From Candidatus Multivoradales bacterium (GTDB taxonomy: Bacteria; Acidobacteriota; Thermoanaerobaculia; Multivoradales; Multivoraceae): 64,000 nucleotides of DNA. The position numbers and the translations under genes were made by a program. The stretch lies in NCBI GenBank assembly GCA_965223325.1, contig CBDCWI010000001.1:1216001-1280000 (forward strand), given 5' to 3'. The notes under the pieces were generated by a model, which saw only the letters and a list, made by a program, of their open reading frames with translations, did not search any database and was not told the origin of the DNA. Shown here one piece after another: positions 1 to 8,265 of the stretch (its first letter is position 1; the number at the start of each line of letters is the position of its first letter).

Positions 1-2238
1 GTCCAGATCAACCTGGTCACCAAGCGCGGTACCAACGAGTTTCGTGGATCGGCTCGCTTCTACTCGACCAGGCCCGACGGCTACTTCGGCGGCGGACTCA
101 AGCAGTCGCAGGTCGATCTCACCAGCGAGCTCTACGCTCGCAACCCGTATGGCGCCCAGGCGTCGCTCGCCGGCACCCAGACTCGCGCCATCAAAGACAC
201 AGGCTTCGAGGCCGGTGGCGCTCTAGTTCGCGACCACTTCTGGCTTTGGGGCTCCTGGGGTCAGCAGGACATCAAGCAGAACGCCGCCACCGGCTTTCCC
301 GATGACACGATCCTCGAGAACACCGCAATCAAGGCCAACGCCCAGTGGAGCGCCGCCAACTCCGGCGTTGCATCGTTCAACAACGGCGACAAGCTGAAGT
401 TCGGCCGTGGTGCCGGCACCACCCGTCCCGCTGCAACGACCTGGAACCAGCGCGGTCCGTCGGGGATCTACCGCGTCGAAGACACTCACATCTTCTCGTC
501 GAGCCTGTTTGCCACCGGCACCTTCTCGCACCACGACCTTGGTTTCGAACTCGTCGCCCGCAGCCACCTGGCCGACGGAAACGGTCTGGATCCAGCGGCT
601 CGCGACCCACGCTTCATCGGAGGTGCCTGGCAAGACAACTTCCTCTCCGGCGGCACGTCCCGTCCCGCTGATGAGTGGAAGGTCGACACCCAGTACTTCC
701 TGACCACCGGCAAGATGAACCACGAGTTCAAGATCGGTGGCCGCTACCGCGAATTCGAGCAGAACTCCGACTTCAGCTGGGGTCCCCGCAAGACGTTCCA
801 TACAGACTGGAACGACACCGTCTACCACCTCGGCGACACGGGTACCACGACCGCCAAGTACACCTCGATCTGGGCTCAGGACACTCTAGCGATCGGCCGG
901 TTGACCCTCAACGCGGGCCTGCGCTACGACCACCAGACCGGCGACAATGAAAGCCACACACGCGCCGCGCATCCAACCCGTCCGGACATCTTTCCAGAGA
1001 CCACTTTCGGGGGTGGCGATGCCGGCATCGACTGGCGATCCATCCACCCTCGCCTCGGTGCGACCTGGGCCCCGGGTTCGAACCGGACGAGCCTGATCCG
1101 CGCCAGCTTCTCGCAGTTCGCCGACCAGATGGGAACCACGATGATCAACCGCCTGTCCCCGTTCGGCGACATCTATGCCTACACCAACAGCGGTACCGGT
1201 GAGTTCTATGCCGCCCGCGGCTTCAACCCGAACAACCCGGCAGAGGTCGTCAACCAAAACGATCGCGGCATGGACGCTCCAGTCACCACCGAGCTCCTGG
1301 TCGGGATCGAACATGCGATCCTGCCTGAGCTCGTTGTCGGCGCGCACGTCACCGCGCGCAACGTCTCCGACATTCTGGACTTCAGGGATCTCATCGACGA
1401 CGGCCATGGTGTTCGTGCCGCCCGCGGCTGCGCCAACCCCGGCGCCAGCACGGCGACAGGAGCCACCTGTGGTGACTACGAAGTCGTTGGGCATCTCGGC
1501 CCACGGCCCAACGGGACGAACTACGAGATTCCTCGGACCGGACAAACCTACGAGGTTCCGGTCTGGGACCTGACGTCCCCCTGGAACGGTGGCTTCCTGG
1601 CCACCAACGGTGACCGCGAGCGTGACTACCTCGGCTACTCGGTGACCATCACCAAGCGCCTCGCCAACCGTTGGATGGCACGTGGCTATGTCCAGATCGG
1701 TGAAGCCGAATGGGATGTCCCGACCTCCTGGCACCTCAACAACGACCCGAACCACTTCCGCGGTGGCGGCCAGCGCGACGGTGACCTCTACGTGACCCGC
1801 TCGCTGGCAGCCGGCAAAGGCGAACGCTTCCTCCAGTCGACCTGGACATACAACCTCAACGGCATGTACCAGATCGGCCCGGATCGCCCATGGGGCTTCA
1901 ACCTCTCCGCCAACCTCACGGGCCGCGAAGGGCATCCGCTGTTGTACTACCACCGCGCGGCGATCCAGACGAGTTCGTCAACGAACTTCAACGTCACGCA
2001 GGGCGACTTCGACAACCTTCGTCTGGACGACGTCGAAGTCATCGACCTGCGCGTCGAAAAGGAATTCTCCCTGGCCGGCCCGGTCAACCTGACCTTCGGT
2101 ATCGACGTGTTCAATCTGACCAACGAGAACACCGGCCTGTCGTACATCCTGCGCGCAGCACGGCCGAACTCCGGCAACCTCGCCGACAACGTCGCCCCGC
2201 GCGTTTTCCGCCTGGGCGTGCGCCTCGGCTGGAAGTAG
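1..2238 (+). CDS. TonB-dependent receptor (Oar-like/Acidobacterial type), paralog 1, 5' truncated by the window edge
   Basis: Frame 1 reads from base 1 as VQINLVTKRGTNEFRGS (plug-end motif) and is in frame with ORF 715..2238. It has barrel motifs LTLNAGLRYD and GIDVFNLTNE and ends PRVFRLGVRLGWK. Collinear with the receptor at 3572..6505. Confidence 0.93.
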   Translation, partial: VQINLVTKRGTNEFRGSARFYSTRPDGYFGGGLKQSQVDLTSELYARNPYGAQASLAGTQTRAIKDTGFEAGGALVRDHFWLWGSWGQQDIKQNAATGFPDDTILENTAIKANAQWSAANSGVASFNNGDKLKFGRGAGTTRPAATTWNQRGPSGIYRVEDTHIFSSSLFATGTFSHHDLGFELVARSHLADGNGLDPAARDPRFIGGAWQDNFLSGGTSRPADEWKVDTQYFLTTGKMNHEFKIGGRYREFEQNSDFSWGPRKTFHTDWNDTVYHLGDTGTTTAKYTSIWAQDTLAIGRLTLNAGLRYDHQTGDNESHTRAAHPTRPDIFPETTFGGGDAGIDWRSIHPRLGATWAPGSNRTSLIRASFSQFADQMGTTMINRLSPFGDIYAYTNSGTGEFYAARGFNPNNPAEVVNQNDRGMDAPVTTELLVGIEHAILPELVVGAHVTARNVSDILDFRDLIDDGHGVRAARGCANPGASTATGATCGDYEVVGHLGPRPNGTNYEIPRTGQTYEVPVWDLTSPWNGGFLATNGDRERDYLGYSVTITKRLANRWMARGYVQIGEAEWDVPTSWHLNNDPNHFRGGGQRDGDLYVTRSLAAGKGERFLQSTWTYNLNGMYQIGPDRPWGFNLSANLTGREGHPLLYYHRAAIQTSSSTNFNVTQGDFDNLRLDDVEVIDLRVEKEFSLAGPVNLTFGIDVFNLTNENTGLSYILRAARPNSGNLADNVAPRVFRLGVRLGWK

Positions 2239-2670
2239 TTCTTGTGTGCTGGATAGCACACGAACTACTTCTGTCACCCCGCGAAGCGCAGCAAGCTGCG
2301 CCGCTCGACTCGGAACGGAGTCCCGAGCCGGATGGCGGAAGGCAGTAACGATTGGCCCGGGGGGAACCTCCGGCCCCTTTCCTTTTTCGTGCTTGCGCCC
2401 CTTGGCCTCTTGTGTGCCTACTTCTGTCACCCCGCGAAGCGCAGCAAGCTGCGCCGCTCGACTCGGAACGGAGTCCGAGCGGGATGGCCGAAGACAGTAG
2501 AACGATTGGGCCGGAGGGAAACCTCCGGCCCTCTTCTTCTTGTGCTTGCGCCCCTTGGGCTTTTGTGTACCGAATAGCACACAGCTACTTCTACTTCGAA
2601 CACCCCCCGGCCGCAGTGCGGGCAGTGGCCAAGCGCAGCAAGCTGCGCCGTTCAGCTCGAAGCGCCGCTC
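2239..2670. repeat. Tandem ~150-165 bp multi-hairpin repeat (2 copies plus a degenerate third) directly after the receptor 1 stop codon
   Basis: CTACTTCTGTCACCCCGCGAAGCGCAGCAAGCTGCGCCGCTC occurs at 2265 and 2418, with partial copies at 2585 and 2631. Each unit ends in a GC stem with (G)GAGGGAAACCTCC-like core followed by a pyrimidine tract. Confidence 0.9.
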
Positions 2671-2814
2671 GGAGCCAGGAGTCGCACTCCATGCCTCATT
2701 CCCAGAGTCACTACTCCGCGCAAGTCGCCGAAGGCGCGCGCATGAAAGCGCGACGTGCGAAGCACGAGCGCGCGCCCCCCTCACCCCACCGGCCTTCGGG
2801 ACCTCGATCCGAGA

Positions 2815-3096
2815 GGGCTGCTGGTGACGGGACGGGTGCCCGGAGCAGTCAGGCGGGAAAGGCGCAGGATCCAGCTTGGGCAGTCTCGGGACGTGGGGCG
2901 GATCAGGGCGGGCAGCTGTTTGAGCGGAACCCAGTCCCAGTTTCCCCAAAGGCCAGAGGACAGCCGGTCGCTCCAGCCACCACGACACCCGATCGAGGTC
3001 GAGCGAGTTCTGCCCGACCCCGCCCCGCGTCTCGAGAATGCCCTAGCTGGATGCGCCGGCCGTCGCTCCGGGCACCCGTCCCGTCACCAGCAGCCC
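2815..3096. repeat. Long imperfect inverted repeat (arms ~90-100 bp, outer 32 bp perfect)
   Basis: GGGCTGCTGGTGACGGGACGGGTGCCCGGAGC (2815..) is the exact reverse complement of GCTCCGGGCACCCGTCCCGTCACCAGCAGCCC (..3096). The inner ATCCAGCTTGGGCAGTCTCGGGACGTGGGGCGG pairs with CCGCCCCGCGTCTCGAGAATGCCCTAGCTGGAT with about 4 mismatches. Confidence 0.9.
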
Positions 3097-3153
3097 GGCG
3101 CAGTCCACAGACTTCCCCAACCAGCACACCCACCCGAGCCACGAACCAACCAA

Positions 3154-3202
3154 CAACCGACAACCGACAACCGACAACCGACAACCGATAACCGATAACC
3201 GA
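3154..3202. repeat. Heptamer tandem repeat (CAACCGA)x5(TAACCGA)x2
   Basis: Read directly from the sequence; intergenic. Confidence 0.95.
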
Positions 3203-3386
3203 TAAAAACCGCCAAGCAACCCAGAACCGTCCAACTCTTTGAAGACGACTCGGACTTTTGAACGCGTCCCGAAGCCGCTTATCCCATGTTCATCCCTGAT
3301 CCGCAGCACCTCTTATCCCATTTTTGTCCCTTGGCCCCCAAGCACTCGTCAAGAGCCCATCCCTGACCCATCAGCGATGCACTTCG

Positions 3387-3402
3387 TGGCACATTCCGTG
3401 CT
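3387..3402 (+). promoter_or_regulatory. Putative sigma54 (-24/-12) promoter of receptor 2
   Basis: TGGCACATTCCGTGCT fits GG-N10-GC with the TGGCAC core, about 170 bp upstream of ATG 3572. Confidence 0.6.
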
Positions 3403-3571
3403 CCTTCGTCCCTTCAAGTAACCGTGGGCCCAGTCGCTCATCCCAGAGTGACCAGCGACCCAAACATGGAAGTTCGTCCCCTTTTTGTCCCATCGACACC
3501 ATTCGGTTCGCGGGGGTAAACAAACGGGCAGACGATCTTCTCCAACCCTTGAAGGGGAGAAACGCACAATC

Positions 3572-6505
3572 ATGAAGAAGAACTTCTTGCGCAGCCCTGT
3601 TCTCAGGAATGCCATCGTTCTCAGTGCCATCCTCGCGCTCGTGTCGACCGGAGCCGTGCTTGCACAGGCCACCGGCAACCTCTTTGTCGAGGTGACCGAC
3701 AGCGAAGGTGCCGCCCTACCCGGCGTGACCATTGTGGTCTCCGGTATCGGCGCAGACAAGACACAGATCACCGATTCCAACGGTGCCGTTCGCATTCTCA
3801 ACCTCGACCCCGGCGTGTACAACGTTGGCGGCGAGCTCGACGGCTTCGGCACCGTCGACTTTCCCGGCGTTCAGGTGAACGTTGGCCGTAACACGGAGAT
3901 CAACCTGACGCTTCAGCCCGCCGTCGAGGAGACCATCACGGTCACTTCCGAGACTCCGCTGCTCGACGAGCGCAAGATCTCGAACAGCACCAACGTCACT
4001 CAGGTCGAACTCGAAAAGATCCCGACCGCACGTGACCCATGGTCTCTCCTCTCACAGACACCCGGTGTCACCGTCGATCGCGTCAACGTGGGTGGCTCCG
4101 AATCGGGTCAGCAGTCGGTATTCCGCGCCTCGGGCGTTGACTCCGACCAGAACGACTTCCAGGTCGATGGCCAGTCGATCACCGACATGGCGGCCACCGG
4201 CGCCTCGCCGACCTACTACGACTTCGATCAGTTTGCAGAGATGTCCTTCACCACCGGTGGAACGGATGTTTCGAAGACCACCGCTGGTGTCCAGGTCAAT
4301 CTGGTCACCAAGCGGGGCACCAACGAGTTCCGTGGCTCCGGTCGCTTCTACTCGACCAAGGCTGGCGGCTACTTCGGCGGCGGCCTCAAGCAGTCGCAGC
4401 CCGATCTGACGAGCGAGCTGTACGCTGGCAACCCGAACGGCGCCCAGACGTCGCTCGCCGGTGCACAGATTCGCGACATCGAAGACATCGGCTTCGAAGC
4501 TGGTGGCGCGGCTGTCCGCGACCACTTCTGGCTGTGGGGCTCCTGGGGTCAACAGGACATCAAGCAGAACGCTGCCTCTGGTTTCCCTGACGACACCATT
4601 CTCGAGAACACCTCGATCAAGGCCAACGCACAGTTCAACGCTGCCAACTCCGGTGTTGCCTCGTACAACAATGGCGACAAGCAGAAGTTCGGTCGCGGAG
4701 CTGGCACGACCCGACCGCCTGAAACCACGTGGAACCAGCGTGGCCCGTCGGCGATCTACCGCGCCGAGGACACCCACGTGTTCTCCTCGAGCTTCTTCGC
4801 CACCGGAACCTTCTCGCACGGCGACTTTGGTTTCGCACTCGCTGCCAAGGGCCATCTGGCCAGCCAGGACGGCCTCGACCCGGCGGCGCGCGACCCGCAG
4901 TTCGTCGATGGTTCCTGGCAGGACAACTACCTGACCGGCGCCAGCTCGCGTCCCTACGATGAGTTCAAGGTCGACACCCAGTACTTCATGACCACTGGCA
5001 ACGTGAACCACGAGTTCAAGATCGGTGGCCGCTACCGCGAGTTCGAACAGAACTCCGACTTCAACTGGGGTCCTCGCAGTACGTTCCATGCTGACTGGAA
5101 TGACACCGTCTACCATCTCGGCTCGACCGGTGTCTCCACCTCGGAGTACAGCTCGATCTGGGCACAGGACACCATCTCACTTGGACGCCTGACCTTGAAC
5201 GCCGGTCTGCGCTACGACAACCAGACCGGGAGCAACGCTGCCTTCACGCGGGCCGCCCATCCAACGCGCCCCGACATCATTCCGACGACCTCGTTCGCGG
5301 GTGGTGACTCTGGGTTCGACTGGACGTCGGTGCTGCCTCGACTGGGTGCGACCTACGCAATCGGTTCAGACCGCTCGACGCTGCTTCGTGCCAGCTTCGC
5401 GCAGTTCGCAGACCAGATGCAGACCGACTGGGTCACCAGGCTGTCGCCTTTCGGCGACATCTACGCCTACACCTACACCGACACCGGCGAGCTGTACAGC
5501 GCGGTCGGATTCAATCCGGACAACCCGGCCGAGGTCGTCAACCGCAACGACTCTGGAATGGACGCTCCGGTGACCACCGAGCTTCTGCTTGGTATCGAGC
5601 ATGCGATCCTTCCCGAGCTGGTGGTCGGTGCCCAACTGACCGCACGTAACGTCACGGACATCCTCGACTTCCGCGATCTCGTCAACGACGGCGGCGTGGT
5701 GCGTACGGCCAATGGCTGCTCGAACCCCTTCGCCAGCACGGGCGTTGGAGCACGGTGCGGCGACTACGAAGTCGTCGACCGTTTGAGCGGGACGATTCCT
5801 CGCACCAACCAGGCGTATGACGTGCCGGTCTGGGATCTCGCAACGCCCTTCACAGGTGGCTTCCTGCTCACCAACGGTCAGCGCGAACGCGATTTCCTCG
5901 GCTACTCGGTGACCATCACCAAGCGCCTCGCGAACCGTTGGATGGCGCGGGGTTTCGTCCAGTACGGGGATTCGGAGTGGGACGTTCCGATGTCGCACTT
6001 CCTGAACAACGACCCGAACCAGTACCGTGGCGGCGGAAACCGTGACGGCGACCTGCACGTCGAGCGTTCGTCTGGCTCTGGCAAGGGCGAGCGGTTCCTC
6101 CAGTCGACCTGGTCCTACAACCTGAACGGCATGTATCAGGTCGGACCCGATCGCCCGTGGGGCTTCAACGTCTCGGCCAACATCAACGGTCGTGAGGGCT
6201 ACCCGATCGCCTACTACCAGCGCTTTGGGCTGGCCAGTGACGCATCGGCCAACATCGACATCATCAATGGTGACTACGACAACATCCGTCAGGATGACAT
6301 CGAGGTCCTCGACCTCCGCGTCGAGAAGGAGTTCTCGCTGACCGGACCGGTCAACATGACCTTCGGCATCGACGTCTTCAACGTCACCAACGAGAACACC
6401 GGCCTGAGCTACATCGCGCGTGCCGCGCGGTCGAACTCGGGCAACCTGGACGACAACGTTTCGCCGCGGATCTACCGCCTCGGCGTGCGTCTCGCCTGGA
6501 AGTAG
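3572..6505 (+). CDS. TonB-dependent receptor with N-terminal carboxypeptidase-regulatory-like domain, paralog 2
   Basis: RBS GAAGGGGAG before ATG 3572. Signal peptide ends AVLA-Q, followed by VTDSEGAALPGVTI, EETITVTSETPLLD, the plug region and a beta-barrel C-terminus PRIYRLGVRLAWK. Confidence 0.95.
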   Translation: MKKNFLRSPVLRNAIVLSAILALVSTGAVLAQATGNLFVEVTDSEGAALPGVTIVVSGIGADKTQITDSNGAVRILNLDPGVYNVGGELDGFGTVDFPGVQVNVGRNTEINLTLQPAVEETITVTSETPLLDERKISNSTNVTQVELEKIPTARDPWSLLSQTPGVTVDRVNVGGSESGQQSVFRASGVDSDQNDFQVDGQSITDMAATGASPTYYDFDQFAEMSFTTGGTDVSKTTAGVQVNLVTKRGTNEFRGSGRFYSTKAGGYFGGGLKQSQPDLTSELYAGNPNGAQTSLAGAQIRDIEDIGFEAGGAAVRDHFWLWGSWGQQDIKQNAASGFPDDTILENTSIKANAQFNAANSGVASYNNGDKQKFGRGAGTTRPPETTWNQRGPSAIYRAEDTHVFSSSFFATGTFSHGDFGFALAAKGHLASQDGLDPAARDPQFVDGSWQDNYLTGASSRPYDEFKVDTQYFMTTGNVNHEFKIGGRYREFEQNSDFNWGPRSTFHADWNDTVYHLGSTGVSTSEYSSIWAQDTISLGRLTLNAGLRYDNQTGSNAAFTRAAHPTRPDIIPTTSFAGGDSGFDWTSVLPRLGATYAIGSDRSTLLRASFAQFADQMQTDWVTRLSPFGDIYAYTYTDTGELYSAVGFNPDNPAEVVNRNDSGMDAPVTTELLLGIEHAILPELVVGAQLTARNVTDILDFRDLVNDGGVVRTANGCSNPFASTGVGARCGDYEVVDRLSGTIPRTNQAYDVPVWDLATPFTGGFLLTNGQRERDFLGYSVTITKRLANRWMARGFVQYGDSEWDVPMSHFLNNDPNQYRGGGNRDGDLHVERSSGSGKGERFLQSTWSYNLNGMYQVGPDRPWGFNVSANINGREGYPIAYYQRFGLASDASANIDIINGDYDNIRQDDIEVLDLRVEKEFSLTGPVNMTFGIDVFNVTNENTGLSYIARAARSNSGNLDDNVSPRIYRLGVRLAWK

Positions 6506-6905
6506 CTTTGTGTGCTGAATAGCACACAGCTACTTCTGTCACCCCGCGAAGCGCAGCAAGCTGCGCCGCTCACCTCGGAACGCCGTTCCGAGCACCGGCA
6601 GCGGGGCGACCGTTAGAAGGATCGGGTCGGAGGGAAACCTCCGGCCCTTTCTTTTGCTTTGTGTGCTGAATAGCACACTGCTACTTCTGTCACCCCGCGA
6701 TGCGCAGCAACCTGCGCCGCTCACCTCGGAACGCCGTTCCGAGCACCGGCAGCGGGGCGACCGTTAGAAGGATCGGGTCGGAGGGAAACCTCCGGCCCTT
6801 TCTTTTGCTTTGTGTGCTGAATAGCAAACAGCTACTTCTGTCACCCCGCGATGCGCAGCAACCTGCGCCGCTCACCTCGGAACGCCGTTCCGAGCACCGC
6901 TAGCG
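6506..6905. repeat. Tandem 151-bp multi-hairpin repeat (~2.6 copies) directly after the receptor 2 stop codon; same family as 2239..2670
   Basis: TTTGTGTGCTGAATAGC starts at 6507, 6658 and 6809. Stems: TGTGTGCT-gaat-AGCACAC, GCGCAGC-aa-GCTGCGC, CGGAAC-gcc-GTTCCG, and terminator-like GGGTCGGAGGGAAACCTCCGGCCC-TTTCTTTT. Confidence 0.93.
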
Positions 6906-7175
6906 GGGCGCCAGCCCCTTCGCCCTGCCACGCGGGCCTCGAATCGAGCGTCGGAATCTGCAACCGGCCTCGCCTGTTGAACGGAAAGCAGTCCTCACAG
7001 GGGGCGTGGAGGCCTCTTCGTCTCGATCCGCGCTTCAGATAAACTGGCATTTCTCTTACGACACCCTCTTCCACTGAGCTTCCCTTCGGCCCTCGCGACC
7101 GATTCGACCCCGAGTTCGCCGCTCCCTGCGGCCCTCCGATCGACGCGCGAGAAGCTGAAACGACGGAGAATTCCC

Positions 7176-8189
7176 ATGTTCAAGCCATCTGTTTTCCAAC
7201 GAGCACGCTTCGCTTCCCTGGCTCTCGGCTGTCTGCTGGTCCTCGCCTTTGGCACGCTGTTCGCCACCGCCGCGAGTGCGCAGCAGTGGGGCGGCAAGGG
7301 GCGCATCACGGGCGAAGTCACCGACACTGAAGGCAACAAGATCGAGGGCGCGACGATCATTCTCGCGATCGATGGCGACGGGCCTCCACCGGTCACGACC
7401 AACAAGAAGGGGCGCTGGGCCAAGGCCGGCGTCCGTGGTGGCCTCTGGGACGTGCGCATCGAGAAAGAAGGCTTCGCGGCGAGCGAGACCAAGGTCCAAG
7501 TCAGCGAATTCGCCACCGGCATCGACCGAGCCCACGTCACAACCAAGCTCGGAACCGGCGGCGGCGGGGCGACTGCGACTGCCGATCGAGACGGCGCGGC
7601 GGAAGACGCTGAAATCGCGGCCGCCCGCACCCTCCTCAATGAGGGCAACAGCCTGCTCGCGGCTGAGGACCTGGACGGAGCGATGGCGAAGTTCAGTGAG
7701 GCGCTCCCTGCTCTCGGCGACGCCGCCAAAGTGCAGGTCATGACCTCAATCGCCCAGATCCAGGTCAACAAGGGTGATTCGGCAGCCGCCGTCTCCACTC
7801 TCGAGAAGGCTCTCGCGATCGATCCTCAGAACATCAACGCGCTCAAGGTCATCAGTCGCGCTCTAAAGAACAGCGATCGTGCCGCCGAGGCCGAGCAGTA
7901 CATCGCGCGCCTTCCCGAGGATCAGCGGGCGGATCCTCAGGAACTCCTGCAGCAGGGCGTCGACGCGTACAACCAGAACGATCTCGACGCGGCCTTCGGT
8001 CACTTCGACGCGCTGGTTTCCGCGGCTCCTGACGATCCACAGGCCTACTACTACCGTGGGCTCGTTGCGATGGCACAGCAGAACAACCCTCAGGCGATCG
8101 CCGACTTCAAGAAGCTGATCGAACTCGCTCCTGCCGACGAGAAGGCGATCGAGGGCAAGCAGTTTCTCGAGTACCTCGAGTCGCAGTAG
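7176..8189 (+). CDS. Secreted protein with carboxypeptidase-regulatory-like (beta-sandwich) domain and TPR repeats
   Basis: Signal peptide (ASA-Q), GRITGEVTDTEGNKIEGATI..TNKKG domain, then TPR motifs (ALAIDPQN, AYYYRGL, FKKLIELAP). Confidence 0.88.
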   Translation: MFKPSVFQRARFASLALGCLLVLAFGTLFATAASAQQWGGKGRITGEVTDTEGNKIEGATIILAIDGDGPPPVTTNKKGRWAKAGVRGGLWDVRIEKEGFAASETKVQVSEFATGIDRAHVTTKLGTGGGGATATADRDGAAEDAEIAAARTLLNEGNSLLAAEDLDGAMAKFSEALPALGDAAKVQVMTSIAQIQVNKGDSAAAVSTLEKALAIDPQNINALKVISRALKNSDRAAEAEQYIARLPEDQRADPQELLQQGVDAYNQNDLDAAFGHFDALVSAAPDDPQAYYYRGLVAMAQQNNPQAIADFKKLIELAPADEKAIEGKQFLEYLESQ

Positions 8190-8265
8190 TTGAAGAGGCG
8201 GTAAGGCAGGCGAGTGGAGCCTTCGGGTTCGCTCTGCCCTCTCGCTGTCTCACGACGGCGATCCT

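Noticed and set aside
1978-3198. ORFs 1978..2988, 2352..3191 and 2755..3198
   Set aside because: They run through repeats, the inverted repeat and the heptamer tract, giving low-complexity translations.
6506-6905. CRISPR interpretation of the 151-bp repeats (and of 2239..2670)
   Set aside because: Whole units repeat with no unique spacers, and no cas genes are present.
7045-7060. Possible sigma54 promoter TGGCATTTCTCTTAC before the TPR gene
   Set aside because: The -12 element lacks the conserved GC.
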